From the NCBI GenBank assembly GCA_965601925.1, contig OZ271854.1:3360001-3424000 (forward strand): 64,000 bases of DNA, read 5' to 3'. The first letter of the stretch is position 1; every line of letters begins with the position of its first letter. Below are positions 21,009 through 31,459 of the stretch, one piece after another. A program made the translations under genes and the position numbers. Under the pieces are notes generated by a model. That model saw only the letters and a program-made list of their open reading frames with translations. It made no database searches and had not been told where the DNA came from. This stretch comes from Alkalispirochaeta sp. (lineage in GTDB: Bacteria; Spirochaetota; Spirochaetia; DSM-27196; Alkalispirochaetaceae).

Positions 21009-22253
21009 GTGGCCAGACGTAGCACGAGAGATTCCGTTTCTCGCTTCCCATCCGTATTGTCGGTTATCCTCATATTCGGTTTGACCACGGTTATCGCCGC
21101 GGGGTGCGCCGCGAATCGTTCTGCAGTTCTCGATCGAGAACCCCTTTTCGATCTCGAAATCGGCCGACTCGAAGATCAGCTCGACCTCATCAGTCGGGAG
21201 GGAATCATGCCGAGGGTCAGCACCTCGGTGGTGATGCGCGATGGAATCGTCTACATCGGCGACGGCGCCGCCAATAAAATCATGGAGTTCACCTCATTCG
21301 GTGATTTGGTGCAACTCATCTACCATCCCCAGGAGAACCCGCAGCCGGTGACCCTCGGAGACGACGGTGCGTCGGCCGCGGGAGGTGTGGTTACACGGAC
21401 CGCCGCGGAGTATCCCTTCAACCAGTTGGGGCGTATCGCCGTAGATTCTCGGCGCTTCGTCTACGCAGAGGATCGGTTATCGGCGGAGCGATCGGTGTTC
21501 GACGAGGAGTTGGGTGTCCAACTCAACCGGATCGTCTTGCGCTTCGACGACCGCGGTGAGGCGGTCGACTACATCGGCCAGGAGGGTATCGGTGGGACGC
21601 CGTTTCCCTTTATCGAGAGAGTTCAGATCACCGCTCGCGACGAGGTCGTAGTCGTTGCCAGTACCATGGATACCAAGTTCGTCTATTTGTACGATCCGTC
21701 CGGCGAGCTGATCTACACCGTGCGCGTCGGTCTGGATCGTCTCCCGATCCCGACCGAAGACGATGAGCTGATAACCGTGCTCGAGGAGTTGGTGGCGGGT
21801 GTCGATGCGTATCGTATCTATCTCAAGATATCCTACTATCGTACCGCGGTAGCCGAGGATACCGGCGAGGAGTACGGCATCAATTTCGACCATAGTCGCG
21901 TCTATTGGCTGGACCTGCAATCCGGACGATATACCGGATTCGTAGAGTTGCCGCGCGGCGCCGACGGGGGCGAAGGCGAACACCACGAGCTTATCGGCGT
22001 CGTCGACGGGGAGCATATCTTCCTCCTTTCCCGTCAAGATGCGGGCCAGACGAGACTCCTCATCATGAACGATGCGGGACGCGTCATTCGGCGCCGAACC
22101 CTCGCGATCTCGGAAACCGACCTCATAGCGCGGAGTTTCTCCCTTACCACCGACGGCGTATTGACGGCGCTCTTGGGATATCCGAGCTTCGCCCAGGTGG
22201 TATGGTGGCGCACCGATCGACTCCTTCCCACGGCGCGGTCCGACGATGGTTGA
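21009..22253 (+). CDS. Conserved hypothetical lipoprotein, probable beta-propeller
   Basis: Signal peptide with lipobox IAAG-C; NHL-like strands; GQEGIGGTPF motif; GTG just after the promoter. Confidence 0.7.
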   Translation: MARRSTRDSVSRFPSVLSVILIFGLTTVIAAGCAANRSAVLDREPLFDLEIGRLEDQLDLISREGIMPRVSTSVVMRDGIVYIGDGAANKIMEFTSFGDLVQLIYHPQENPQPVTLGDDGASAAGGVVTRTAAEYPFNQLGRIAVDSRRFVYAEDRLSAERSVFDEELGVQLNRIVLRFDDRGEAVDYIGQEGIGGTPFPFIERVQITARDEVVVVASTMDTKFVYLYDPSGELIYTVRVGLDRLPIPTEDDELITVLEELVAGVDAYRIYLKISYYRTAVAEDTGEEYGINFDHSRVYWLDLQSGRYTGFVELPRGADGGEGEHHELIGVVDGEHIFLLSRQDAGQTRLLIMNDAGRVIRRRTLAISETDLIARSFSLTTDGVLTALLGYPSFAQVVWWRTDRLLPTARSDDG

Positions 22254-23868
22254 ACGCGATCGCCTCGTCCGTTCCGCGGAGATGGCCTCAATCGATCGCG
22301 CCGCACAGGAACGCTACGGTATTCCCGGCATCGTACTCATGGAGAATGCCGGGCGGAAGGCGTGGGACGTCCTGCGCGTCGAGATTGCCGAAACCTACCG
22401 TACCGACCGCGCCGGGGATAGTCGTTCGCCTCTTAGGATCGTATGTGTCGTGGGCGGTGGAAACAACGGCGGCGACGCGCTGGTTATGGCGCGACACTGC
22501 CTCATCGAGGAGGTCGCGAGTATAGCGTGCGTTACCACCACGCGCGAGCTCACCGGTATCGTCGCCGAACAATGGACCGTCGTCGAACGCCTCGGAGCGG
22601 AGCGGGTGGCGTGGGAGGATGATCCGCACCGGTGCATCGCCGCGCTTTCCGGAGCCGATTGGATCGTCGACGGCATAGCCGGGACGGGTCTCTCGGGGCC
22701 TTTGCGCCCCTCGTCGGTCTCGTTGGTTGAGGCGATACAAGCGTCCCGGGCACGGGTCGTTTCGGTGGACGTCCCCTCGGGCATGCGTGACGGAGGCGCC
22801 GGTGACGAAGTGACGGTGCGGGCGGACTTAACGATCGTAACCGGGTATGGAAAGGCGTGTCTCTACGAGGCGGCCCGGCGGCCGGCGGTCGGACGGGTTA
22901 CTCAGGTAGATCCCGGCTTCCCACCCGACCTGGTGCGCGATACGGCGCTCGTCTCGTCGCAAATCCGGTTGATAGACGACGGAACGACGCCCCGCGACGT
23001 GGGGCGGCCGGCGGTTCGCGCCCGCCTATCTTCGGCACCGCCCGATGCGCACAAAGGAACGAGGGGCAAGCTTGTCGTGGTGGGCGGAAGTTCGGGTGCC
23101 TCCGGAGCTCCGATCCTCTCCGCGCTTGCGGCATTCGGCGTCGGCGTCGGAATGGTGCGTCTCTGTACCTCCCCCGAGGGTGTCGCCGCGGCGCTCAGTC
23201 GGGAGCCGGGCATCATGGCGCGGGAGTTTGCCGCGGACGGTGAGGAGGACGACATCCTGCGATGGGCGGACGCCGCCGTTGTAGGACCCGGGTGGCTCGA
23301 GGTCGACGATCGTACCCTTGCGCGTTGGATCGACGGCGCGGCGGCTCGCGGCATTCCCCTGGTGATCGACGCCTCAGCCCTGATTCCCCTCGGTAACCGT
23401 CGAGGCCGGTCGTGGAAGGCGCTCATGGAGAGCGAGGGAGATATCGTCGTGACCCCGCATCTCGGAGAGTTCTCCTCTCTGGCCGACCGCGCGATTGAGG
23501 ATGTCCGTTCGGACGCCGTATCGATCCTGACGGAGTTTCCCCTTCGCCGAGGGATGACCGTGGTGCTCAAGGGATCGGTGACGATGGTGAGGTACGGTGA
23601 CGGAGAACTCCATGTGGTGGACGGGCGATGTCCCTCCCTCGGGGTCGCCGGGAGCGGCGACGTACTGGCCGGGGCGATAGGGGCGGTCGTCGCCCGATGC
23701 GCGGCGCAACGCGACTCCGCCGTCGGGCCTGCGGTGCGCGATGCGGTCTTACGACATCTCGATGCGGGGCGGGCTCTCGCGCGTCGCCGTCAATGGTTCT
23801 CCGCGTCGGAGCTTGCCGTCTCCCTCGGCGATACACCGTCGCACCGGAGAGGTACCGATGGGCAGTGA
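22246..23868 (+). CDS. nnr: Bifunctional NAD(P)H-hydrate epimerase/dehydratase
   Basis: LMENAG, GGGNNGGD, DGIAGTG, VDVPSG, HKGTRG, TPHLGEF, AGSGDVLAG. Confidence 0.93.
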   Translation: MVERDRLVRSAEMASIDRAAQERYGIPGIVLMENAGRKAWDVLRVEIAETYRTDRAGDSRSPLRIVCVVGGGNNGGDALVMARHCLIEEVASIACVTTTRELTGIVAEQWTVVERLGAERVAWEDDPHRCIAALSGADWIVDGIAGTGLSGPLRPSSVSLVEAIQASRARVVSVDVPSGMRDGGAGDEVTVRADLTIVTGYGKACLYEAARRPAVGRVTQVDPGFPPDLVRDTALVSSQIRLIDDGTTPRDVGRPAVRARLSSAPPDAHKGTRGKLVVVGGSSGASGAPILSALAAFGVGVGMVRLCTSPEGVAAALSREPGIMAREFAADGEEDDILRWADAAVVGPGWLEVDDRTLARWIDGAAARGIPLVIDASALIPLGNRRGRSWKALMESEGDIVVTPHLGEFSSLADRAIEDVRSDAVSILTEFPLRRGMTVVLKGSVTMVRYGDGELHVVDGRCPSLGVAGSGDVLAGAIGAVVARCAAQRDSAVGPAVRDAVLRHLDAGRALARRRQWFSASELAVSLGDTPSHRRGTDGQ

Positions 23869-24457
23869 CGAGCACGGTCCCGAGCGACCGACGCCATGGC
23901 GCGGCGCCGACGGTGAGCGCCTTACGTTCCACTACGATCGTGCGGAGCGGGAGGCGATGCGTCAGCGGATATGGGAGGCGCCGACCGGCAACTTTTTTCG
24001 CCGAAATCGCGGGCTCACCTTAACGCTCATCGATCTTGTGTTCGTAATCGCGCTGTTCGGTATATTCGTGTTCATACTGCGCCCGATGACCGGACGGGTA
24101 CGGATCGATCGTTATCGCGTGGAAGCGGAGGCGCTCCACTTCGACGGAGAGGTACTCGTCTCGGTCTCGGTAACGGATACGCGATACGGCAGGGGCGACG
24201 AAAGGGGGAGCGACAGCACTTCGAACGAACCGCCCGGGGGCGCGGAGAATCTGGTGACGGTGCGTGTTATCGATATGAGCGAAAGCGATCTCCTGCCGAC
24301 GCTCTCGCCGGTGCGCACGATTCGATTTCGACTCCCCGTCGAGGACGTTCCGATGTACGAGGACGACGAGGCGGCGCTTCTCATCCACGTGGAAATCGGT
24401 GAGGAAGAGCGATCGATACGCACTGCCATCGAGGGCGAGCCGCTTCCGGCGAAATGA
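23858..24457 (+). CDS. Hypothetical single-TM protein
   Basis: ATG after GGAGAGG, overlaps nnr end; FHYDRAER motif and one TM. Confidence 0.7.
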   Translation: MGSDEHGPERPTPWRGADGERLTFHYDRAEREAMRQRIWEAPTGNFFRRNRGLTLTLIDLVFVIALFGIFVFILRPMTGRVRIDRYRVEAEALHFDGEVLVSVSVTDTRYGRGDERGSDSTSNEPPGGAENLVTVRVIDMSESDLLPTLSPVRTIRFRLPVEDVPMYEDDEAALLIHVEIGEEERSIRTAIEGEPLPAK

Positions 24458-24509
24458 CGACGAAACCCGAGATTGACCTGGACGGGCGGATGCGACATAC
24501 TATTGCATC

Positions 24510-24923
24510 ATGTACCAGATCTACTTCCTGTCCGTCCTGACCAATATCATCGCAGGGATAGCACTGGCCTTTGATCGCATGGACGAACGCCTGCGTCTCC
24601 ACGCGGTGTTCAATCCCGAGCTCTTTCAGCACGCGGGATTTCGCCTGGCGATCGGGTTGATTACGTTCGTCGTCGGATTTCTCAAGCTTCTCTCGGTGAG
24701 TCCGGGTGACGCGGCGATCGTCGGTGATCTCGTTCCCGCCGTAACCGGCCTTCTGACCGGTTTTGCGTTGGCGTTTCAGTACTATCAGGAGCGGACCGAG
24801 GCACAGAGCAGCACCGTCCAATCCCTCGACAAGGTGTTCGGACGCCATAGCTCATCGTTGGGAATGGTCGCGTTGTTGGCCGGAGTGGTGCACTTCTTCC
24901 TACACCGTGTTCTCTTTCTCTAA
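24510..24923 (+). CDS. Hypothetical 4-TM membrane protein
   Basis: Four hydrophobic segments; upstream TTGACC-N17-CATACT. Confidence 0.8.
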   Translation: MYQIYFLSVLTNIIAGIALAFDRMDERLRLHAVFNPELFQHAGFRLAIGLITFVVGFLKLLSVSPGDAAIVGDLVPAVTGLLTGFALAFQYYQERTEAQSSTVQSLDKVFGRHSSSLGMVALLAGVVHFFLHRVLFL

Positions 24924-24935
24924 TCGGCATTCTCG

Positions 24936-25343
24936 GTGACGTCCATACATCGCGGCGGACGCCTGGTGACCACCGCCGGTGTTGCCGAGCGCCACGGCAC
25001 CTACTTTCTCGCGCGCCGCAAGATCGGGGGAGCCCAATCGGGTCGGTGGGAGTTTCCGGGCGGAAAGTGCGACCAGGCGGACGGCCTCGAGGCGCGCTGC
25101 CTCAAGCGTGAGTTCCAAGAGGAGTTCGAGGTCGATATCAACGTGCATGAGGAGTTGGGTGCGGTCCCCTTCGATCACGGCGACGTGCGCTACCTCCTCG
25201 TTGCATTTCGCATTACATTTTTGACTGAGCCGACTACTCTGTTGGAACATACCGACGCCGGATGGTTTACACCCGTCGAGTTACGTGCCCTCCATCTGGC
25301 GGACTCCGATCGGACGCTCGTCGACACGGTGCTCCTTTTGTGA
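24936..25343 (+). CDS. NUDIX hydrolase (MutT/NudG-like)
   Basis: WEFPGGK...CLKREFQEE Nudix box. Confidence 0.9.
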   Translation: MTSIHRGGRLVTTAGVAERHGTYFLARRKIGGAQSGRWEFPGGKCDQADGLEARCLKREFQEEFEVDINVHEELGAVPFDHGDVRYLLVAFRITFLTEPTTLLEHTDAGWFTPVELRALHLADSDRTLVDTVLLL

Positions 25344-25385
25344 CCTCCTGTATGTGCGGCCCCAACGTCTCGGCCTTCCCGCCGG

Positions 25386-26198
25386 TTGATCTCCTGCATG
25401 TCCCCCTATCAACCATTTGAAGTTGAACTCGCAACCGGCATTGACGGACGGCGCGTCGAGTCGTGGACGATTCGCGCAGGCGTAGTTCTACGGCGCGGTA
25501 CGACCGGCAATCCCGCAGGCGTGTCCTTTCGGCCGGCGGGTTCTTTTGCTCCCCGCGAAGTTCTCTTGACACAGCGCCAAATTGCCGCAGTTCTCGGGCG
25601 CGAGCCCGAGGATTTTAGAGCGCTGCAGCAGGTGCACGGCGCGACGGTCGTACGAAGGCGACGCGACGAGTCGCCGGATCGTGCGTCTCCCGAGGCCGAC
25701 GCACAGTTCACCACCGATCCGGGTCTTGTGCTGTGTGCGAACGTTGCGGATTGCTGCCCGGTCGTCTTGTCGTGCGACGCGCCGGCGATGGTCGGCATCG
25801 CACACTCCGGGTGGCGCGGTACCGCCGAGAAGGTTGCCGTTGCGCTGGTACGGGCGATGGTCGAGGCGGGCTCTCCGATCGACGGGTTGCGGGCGTGGCT
25901 CGGTCCTTGCGCGGACGGAGACCGGTATGAGGTCGCCTTGGACGTCGCATCGCGCTTTGCTCCGTGGGACGACGCGATCGCGCCGCACCCCGACCGGCGC
26001 GATCGTGTTCTCTTGGACGTCGGGCGAGTAATCGCCGCGCAGCTCGCCGACGCCGGTGTGGGCCATATCGCCGTAAGCGCAGGCGGAACGATTTCACACA
26101 CGCGATACCATTCCCACAGGCGGGACGGCTTTGCGGCCGGTCGTATGCCGGCGTTCGTTACGATGGATGGGTCGCTCGATATCGTTGGACGCCGGTAG
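25386..26198 (+). CDS. pgeF: PgeF/YfiH (laccase-domain, purine nucleoside phosphorylase-like) protein
   Basis: QVHG, EADA, VADCCPV, HSGWRG, LGPC..YEV, SHRR..GR. Confidence 0.88.
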   Translation: MISCMSPYQPFEVELATGIDGRRVESWTIRAGVVLRRGTTGNPAGVSFRPAGSFAPREVLLTQRQIAAVLGREPEDFRALQQVHGATVVRRRRDESPDRASPEADAQFTTDPGLVLCANVADCCPVVLSCDAPAMVGIAHSGWRGTAEKVAVALVRAMVEAGSPIDGLRAWLGPCADGDRYEVALDVASRFAPWDDAIAPHPDRRDRVLLDVGRVIAAQLADAGVGHIAVSAGGTISHTRYHSHRRDGFAAGRMPAFVTMDGSLDIVGRR

Positions 26199-26263
26199 GG
26201 GCTCTTCCGTACTTTATGTCTGATTTATACAACGATTCAGTACATGAAAGGGGACGAGGCAAC

Positions 26264-26827
26264 ATGGCAGATATCATTCCGGAAATCGCGACACGGCGGG
26301 CGCGACGAGCATATTCAACCCAACCGATCGACCGATCGATCTTGGAGCGACTCTTTTCCGCCGCGACGATGGCGCCGAGTTGTAACAACAAGCAGCCGTG
26401 GCGTTTTCTCATTTGCAACGACGATGCGGCACTTGAAAAGGCGCGCGAGGCGCTGGCCGGAGGAAACTACTGGGCCAAGGAGGCGGCGGCGTTGGTAGTC
26501 GTCACTACGCGCGACGAGTTTGATTGCCAAATCCCCGACGGACGCAATTATGCGCAGTTCGATACCGGTATGGCGGTGATGGGATTGTTACTCCAGGCGA
26601 CGCGGGAGGGGCTGTACGCCCATCCCATGGCGGGATTCGACCCGGCGACGCTCCGTAAGCACTTCGATATCGAGGATGAGACGCGGATCATCACGATGAT
26701 CGCCGTCGGCCATCCCGGTGACGGGACGAATCTCAATGAGAAACACACCGAGTCGGAGCGGTCGGACCGACAGCGCAAGGCACTCGATGAGGTCGTCCAA
26801 TGGAATGATTGGCGGCCGTTAGCGTAG
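26264..26827 (+). CDS. Nitroreductase family protein
   Basis: RRARRAY, APSCNNKQPWRF, HPMAGFD. Confidence 0.92.
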   Translation: MADIIPEIATRRARRAYSTQPIDRSILERLFSAATMAPSCNNKQPWRFLICNDDAALEKAREALAGGNYWAKEAAALVVVTTRDEFDCQIPDGRNYAQFDTGMAVMGLLLQATREGLYAHPMAGFDPATLRKHFDIEDETRIITMIAVGHPGDGTNLNEKHTESERSDRQRKALDEVVQWNDWRPLA

Positions 26828-26876
26828 ACCGCGGACTGCGGGGCACGTACGGTATCGACGTCGATACCGGCGTGCC

Positions 26877-28046
26877 TCATTGTGCGTGTGCGACCGTCCG
26901 CGGTTTAACGACACCCAGTCCCAAGCGTCGGGCCACCGCCTTGGCGTAGCCTGCGAGACCGGCGTGATCCTCGAGGCGTGTTTGTTCCCACACCGATAGG
27001 CAGGACAGATTCTCATCGCATTCGTCGCCGAGGGCGTGGGCGAGGTGCATCGCGTCATCGACGGCCTTGGCGGTTCCAGAGCCGATGTGCGGACGAACCA
27101 GACTCGCCGCGTCGCCTATGAGGACCGTGCGACCGAACACGAGTCGCGGCACGGTCAGATCCTCAACTTTTTGCACGAACGGCTCTTCCGACTTCATAAC
27201 GACCTCAGCGAAGGGTCCGCACAGATCGCGGGCAACCAACTCGTGCATCCGCGAGAGCGTCTCGGAGGTCATCACGCCGCGCGGAACGGTGCTACGGTGC
27301 ACATAGCCCTCGGTATCGGTCATGAGTGAGGTGAGTCGCTCTCCCGGCGACACATTTTGATACCAGACCCAGTTGATACGCCGCCGCCCCGGCCGGATGT
27401 CACCGTCGGACCGTGGAACTTCGTACAAAATGATCGTCGTTTCATCCCCGCTGTGTGTGCAGAGGCTATCGAGAAACAGTTCGACCGTTTCCGGCTCCAG
27501 CCGGTCCTCCTCCACCATACCGCGCCACGCCACGTACCCCGCGTACTGCGGCGCGGCACCGGGCAGCAGCAGCTGTCGCGCCCTCGATCCGATACCGTCG
27601 GCGCCGACGACGAGGTCGGCGGACAGGACCTCTCCCGTGTCGAGGACGACTTCGCCCCGTTCGCCCGACTCGGGAAGATCGACCATCGTGACGCCGCGTC
27701 GAATGCGACTCCCGTCGACGATCGTCTCCAACTCCCGCAAGAGAACGTCCCAAGAGGTGTAGGCGGCCGCGCTTTCCGGCATGCGAACGATCGAGCCGTC
27801 TCGATGGAAGATTTTGCGCGTTCGCGCCGGAATGCTGGCTACATTGGGCATCGCGACCCCGTGACGCTCGAGGTACTCGAGCATACGGGGCTGCACGACG
27901 ACACCGCCGCCGGTACGTAACCGTTCGGTCGATTTCTCGATGATCTGTACGGACCAACCGTTGCACTGGAGCCCGACCGCCGCGACGAGACCTGCGTATG
28001 ATGCGCCGATAATAATCGCATGCCCGTCCGATGATGGTGATTTCAT
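26877..28046 (-). CDS. FAD-dependent monooxygenase (2,6-dihydroxypyridine 3-hydroxylase-like)
   Basis: GASYAG, GADGIGS, YAGYVAWRG, RINWVWY, GDAA..RPHIGSGTAKA. Confidence 0.85.
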   Translation of the reverse strand: MKSPSSDGHAIIIGASYAGLVAAVGLQCNGWSVQIIEKSTERLRTGGGVVVQPRMLEYLERHGVAMPNVASIPARTRKIFHRDGSIVRMPESAAAYTSWDVLLRELETIVDGSRIRRGVTMVDLPESGERGEVVLDTGEVLSADLVVGADGIGSRARQLLLPGAAPQYAGYVAWRGMVEEDRLEPETVELFLDSLCTHSGDETTIILYEVPRSDGDIRPGRRRINWVWYQNVSPGERLTSLMTDTEGYVHRSTVPRGVMTSETLSRMHELVARDLCGPFAEVVMKSEEPFVQKVEDLTVPRLVFGRTVLIGDAASLVRPHIGSGTAKAVDDAMHLAHALGDECDENLSCLSVWEQTRLEDHAGLAGYAKAVARRLGLGVVKPRTVAHAQ

Positions 28047-28137
28047 GCAAAAAAAATACGCGCCCTCGCGCGTGAGGTAAAGCGGCTTGCGACATAGAAG
28101 GGACCTTGCGGCCTCGGAGGAGGCGCGGTATGGTACT

Positions 28138-28482
28138 GTGGTGGCCGATCAGAACGACCTGCGCGAGGAACTTCTCCGTCATAGAGATACACTGGACGCC
28201 TTGGATCGACGGCTCGTCGAGATGCTGGGGGAACGCTTCGCGGTGACCGAACGCATCGGATTGATAAAAGCGCTTCTGGACCTGCCGTCCCTCGACTCGG
28301 AACGCGAGAGCGCGCAGCGTACGCGACTGCGGGATTTATCGATGCGCACCGGAGTCGACGCCGACTGCGTGCAAACGGTGTTTGAGACGGTGACCGCCGC
28401 CGTTAGACGCCGTCACGAGGAGATACGTTCCGCACTTGCTAACCGTTCTCCCGTTCAACCTCCGTCTCGTCCTCAGGATTGA
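28138..28482 (+). CDS. Chorismate mutase, AroQ type
   Basis: LLRHRDTLDALDRRLVEMLGERF...IGLIK...DSERE; start approximate. Confidence 0.8.
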   Translation: MVADQNDLREELLRHRDTLDALDRRLVEMLGERFAVTERIGLIKALLDLPSLDSERESAQRTRLRDLSMRTGVDADCVQTVFETVTAAVRRRHEEIRSALANRSPVQPPSRPQD

Positions 28483-28996
28483 TCGGCTTGTTGGCGAGAA
28501 TGAGGGCACCCAAGGGGTCGGTATCGGTGACGAAGTCACGGATACGAAAGAACTGCGGATTCTCTTGTGCGTCGGGAGGGTTCCCGCCGTCCACGCGGCT
28601 CTGATAATCGTGAAAGTTCTGGAGCTCGCCGTAGAGACGTGAGAAACGATCGTGCCATTGAAGCGACTGTCGCTGGTGGCGGACAAGATAGTCCAAGAGC
28701 TCGGCTCGATCGATCTCGCGTATACGGCGCTCAGCCTCCTCTGCGGCGTCGCACACACCGGTCAACAGGGTGTGCCATACTGCGAAGTAGACGTGCTGCG
28801 GGCTCTCGTTGCAACTCGCGCAGTACAACTCCTCGCGTATCACACCGTTGAGAACCGGAGATCCGTCAATCACATCGCCGACCCGATACTCGTGTAGACC
28901 CGGTTCGAACGCTTTGGTTTGTACCTGATCGATCTCCGCGCCGCAGTTTTTGCACCGTCGAGGCGGGTCAAGAAAAACGGTATCGAACAGTCCCAT
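28439..28996 (-). CDS. Hypothetical protein with two CxxC motifs (zinc ribbon)
   Basis: MGLFD..CKNCG..QTK..YCASC; upstream TTGCAT-N18-TATGCT. Confidence 0.7.
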   Translation of the reverse strand: MGLFDTVFLDPPRRCKNCGAEIDQVQTKAFEPGLHEYRVGDVIDGSPVLNGVIREELYCASCNESPQHVYFAVWHTLLTGVCDAAEEAERRIREIDRAELLDYLVRHQRQSLQWHDRFSRLYGELQNFHDYQSRVDGGNPPDAQENPQFFRIRDFVTDTDPLGALILANKPINPEDETEVERENG

Positions 28997-29054
28997 ATCA
29001 ATCAGCATAAGAGGGGATCGCGCGTCGATGCAAGCGCTTTGCGGGGGGCGATCG

Positions 29055-30284
29055 TTAACGCACGCGCGGGCGTGTCCATCCTCGGTGAGCGATCGCGAGA
29101 GTCTCCGGCGCAACGAGCACCATGACCGCCGTTCCCACGAGACCGGCCGCTGCGACCGTCGCAACCGCCGGAGCGAGGGCGACGCCGGCCGCGAGCGAGC
29201 CGACGATCACGGGGCCGACGGCGGAACCGACGTCCCCGTACAGGCGCCATATACCGAGAAACTCCGCCACCGCTCCCTCCGGTGCGAGGTCGGTGCCGGT
29301 CGTCATGTTAATACCCGCCCCGAATCCGTTGCCGGCGCCGATCAGAGCGACGGCGGCAAAGAACCCGATCGCGCTTTGGGTAGGCAGGAGGAGAAGCAGT
29401 CCCATGCTGAAGACGCCGAGACAGAGTCCGGCGGCGACTTTGCGCCCGTAACGGTCCGATATGAACCCCGACGGGAGAAACAGTATGAGATCGAACGCCG
29501 CGCCGACACTCATGACGACACCGATCGAGGCCACATCCAAGCCGATGCGGTGACCCCACATGGGAAGGATGATTTCGCGTGTCGAACGCAGTATCGAGAG
29601 GATCAGGATGGAGAACCCCACGGTTGCCAGCGCGAACCAGCGCCCCCGCAATCCCACTGCGAGTCGCCGGAGATCCCGAAGCACCGTCGACGCGCGCTCC
29701 GGGCCGTCGGTAAGCGTATCTGCCGGAAAGCGGGCGCGAAACGATATCAACCCCAGCATCAAGCTCACCGAGCGCAGCGCAAAGAGCGCCGACACACCCC
29801 AACTGCCGGCGATCGCGCCTCCTGCGATCGGTCCCAGAAGCATTCCGACGCGTAGCGCGCCGCCCAACATCGCCAAAGCGCGCCCGCGCATCGTCGCCGG
29901 CACCGACGCCCGTATGAGAGTCATGAACGAGGTCATCAGAATCGAGGTGAAGAAACCGGAGGCGAAGACGAGCAACGCGATAAGCGCGACATTCGTTATG
30001 AAAACGAGGCCGATATTTGCGAGTGTCGCCAGGACAAACCCGACGGTGGTTACTCGTTTGAGCCCCCAACGAGGTATCGCGAGTCCACCCGGAACGTCGC
30101 TTACCGCCTGGCCGATACCGCGCATCGAAACGACCAGCCCCACGAGCGCTACACCGGCACCGAGGCCGGTGAGATACTGTGGAAATGCGGGAGTAATCGA
30201 CGACTGAGCCCATGCAATAAACAGCACGGGCACGTAGGCGGACCATGTCAATGCACGCAGGTGTTTCGAGACGGCGTCTTCCAT
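29055..30284 (-). CDS. MFS transporter
   Basis: About 12 TM; GFISDRYGRK motif A. Confidence 0.9.
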   Translation of the reverse strand: MEDAVSKHLRALTWSAYVPVLFIAWAQSSITPAFPQYLTGLGAGVALVGLVVSMRGIGQAVSDVPGGLAIPRWGLKRVTTVGFVLATLANIGLVFITNVALIALLVFASGFFTSILMTSFMTLIRASVPATMRGRALAMLGGALRVGMLLGPIAGGAIAGSWGVSALFALRSVSLMLGLISFRARFPADTLTDGPERASTVLRDLRRLAVGLRGRWFALATVGFSILILSILRSTREIILPMWGHRIGLDVASIGVVMSVGAAFDLILFLPSGFISDRYGRKVAAGLCLGVFSMGLLLLLPTQSAIGFFAAVALIGAGNGFGAGINMTTGTDLAPEGAVAEFLGIWRLYGDVGSAVGPVIVGSLAAGVALAPAVATVAAAGLVGTAVMVLVAPETLAIAHRGWTRPRVR

Positions 30285-30389
30285 CGCGGACCACTGTAGC
30301 AGGGATCCGCGCCGAGTTGGAGTCCGGGGCCGACTGAACCGTTCGGGACATGACGCCGAACGGGCGACGGCGTAGCGGCCGCCTGAAGA

Positions 30390-30412
30390 GGCCGTCGGTC
30401 GCCCCGACGGCC
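30390..30412 (-). terminator. Hairpin after the aldo/keto reductase gene
   Basis: GGCCGTCGG-N5-CCGACGGCC; no U-tract. Confidence 0.35.
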
Positions 30413-30419
30413 GTGGAGA

Positions 30420-31409
30420 TTATCGCCAGCGCTGCGGCTGATCCGGGCGGTTCTGCAGAATCTCTTCAACGGCATCCATCGTCGCATCGTCCAGTTTCTC
30501 GGACAACTCGAGTGCCTTCATGTTCTCCTCGACCTGCTCGGGCTTCGACGCCCCGGTGATGACCGTGCTCACATCGGGATTCTTGAGTGTCCATGCGATG
30601 GCAAGTTGAGCCAAGCTGACGCCGAGTCCGTCGGCGATCGGTCTGAGATTCTCGACCGTGGCGATGCGTCGTCGTCCCTCTTCACTCTCATACCGTTTGC
30701 GGAGCCACTCGTAGCCGGGGAGGGTGAGGCGGCCGTCGGTGATGCCCTTGCCGTACTTGCCGGTAAGTACACCCGAGGCGAGGGGACTCCAAATCGTCGT
30801 CCCGAGCCCGAAATCGCGGTAGAGCGGCGCGTATTCGACCTCCACCCGGTCTCGATGAAACATGTTGTACTCCGGTTGCTCCATCGTAGGCGGCGTCAGA
30901 CCGACTCGGAGGGCAACCTCATACGCCTGTCTTATCTGCTCGGCGCTCCATTCGCTCGTTCCCCAATAGAGCGCCCATCCGCGGTCGATGACATGACTCA
31001 TGGCGCGCACCGTCTCTTCGATCGGCGTCTCGTAGTCCGGGCGGTGACAGAAGACGAGGTCGACATACTCCAAACCGAGTCGATCCAGGGCGGCGCGCGT
31101 CCCTTCAACGATGTGCTTGCGTGACAACCCGCTGTCGTTCGGGCCCTCGCCGCCCCAAAAGATCTTGGTCGAGATGACGTAGTCGTTGCGGGCGAGGCCG
31201 AGCTTTTTGATCGCCTTACCCATGATGATCTCCGACCGTCCCGCCTCGTATACCTCGGCGTTGTCGAAAAAGTTCACCCCGCGATCGAAGACCATCTTCA
31301 TCTCCTCGGCGGCGCGGTCCACGTCGAGCTGTTTGCTGAATGTGACCCACGAGCCGAATGAGAGTGCCGATACTTTTAGGCCTGAGGAACCTAACCGTCG
31401 ATATTGCAT
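30420..31409 (-). CDS. Aldo/keto reductase (Kv-beta-like, AKR6)
   Basis: MQYRRLGSSGLKVS, FDNAEVY, STKIFWG, YWGTSEW, WSPLASG. Confidence 0.93.
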   Translation of the reverse strand: MQYRRLGSSGLKVSALSFGSWVTFSKQLDVDRAAEEMKMVFDRGVNFFDNAEVYEAGRSEIIMGKAIKKLGLARNDYVISTKIFWGGEGPNDSGLSRKHIVEGTRAALDRLGLEYVDLVFCHRPDYETPIEETVRAMSHVIDRGWALYWGTSEWSAEQIRQAYEVALRVGLTPPTMEQPEYNMFHRDRVEVEYAPLYRDFGLGTTIWSPLASGVLTGKYGKGITDGRLTLPGYEWLRKRYESEEGRRRIATVENLRPIADGLGVSLAQLAIAWTLKNPDVSTVITGASKPEQVEENMKALELSEKLDDATMDAVEEILQNRPDQPQRWR

Positions 31410-31459
31410 GTCGTGCTCCTTATGTATGTGTGAACCAAAGGTAATAGCGCTACGCCGAA

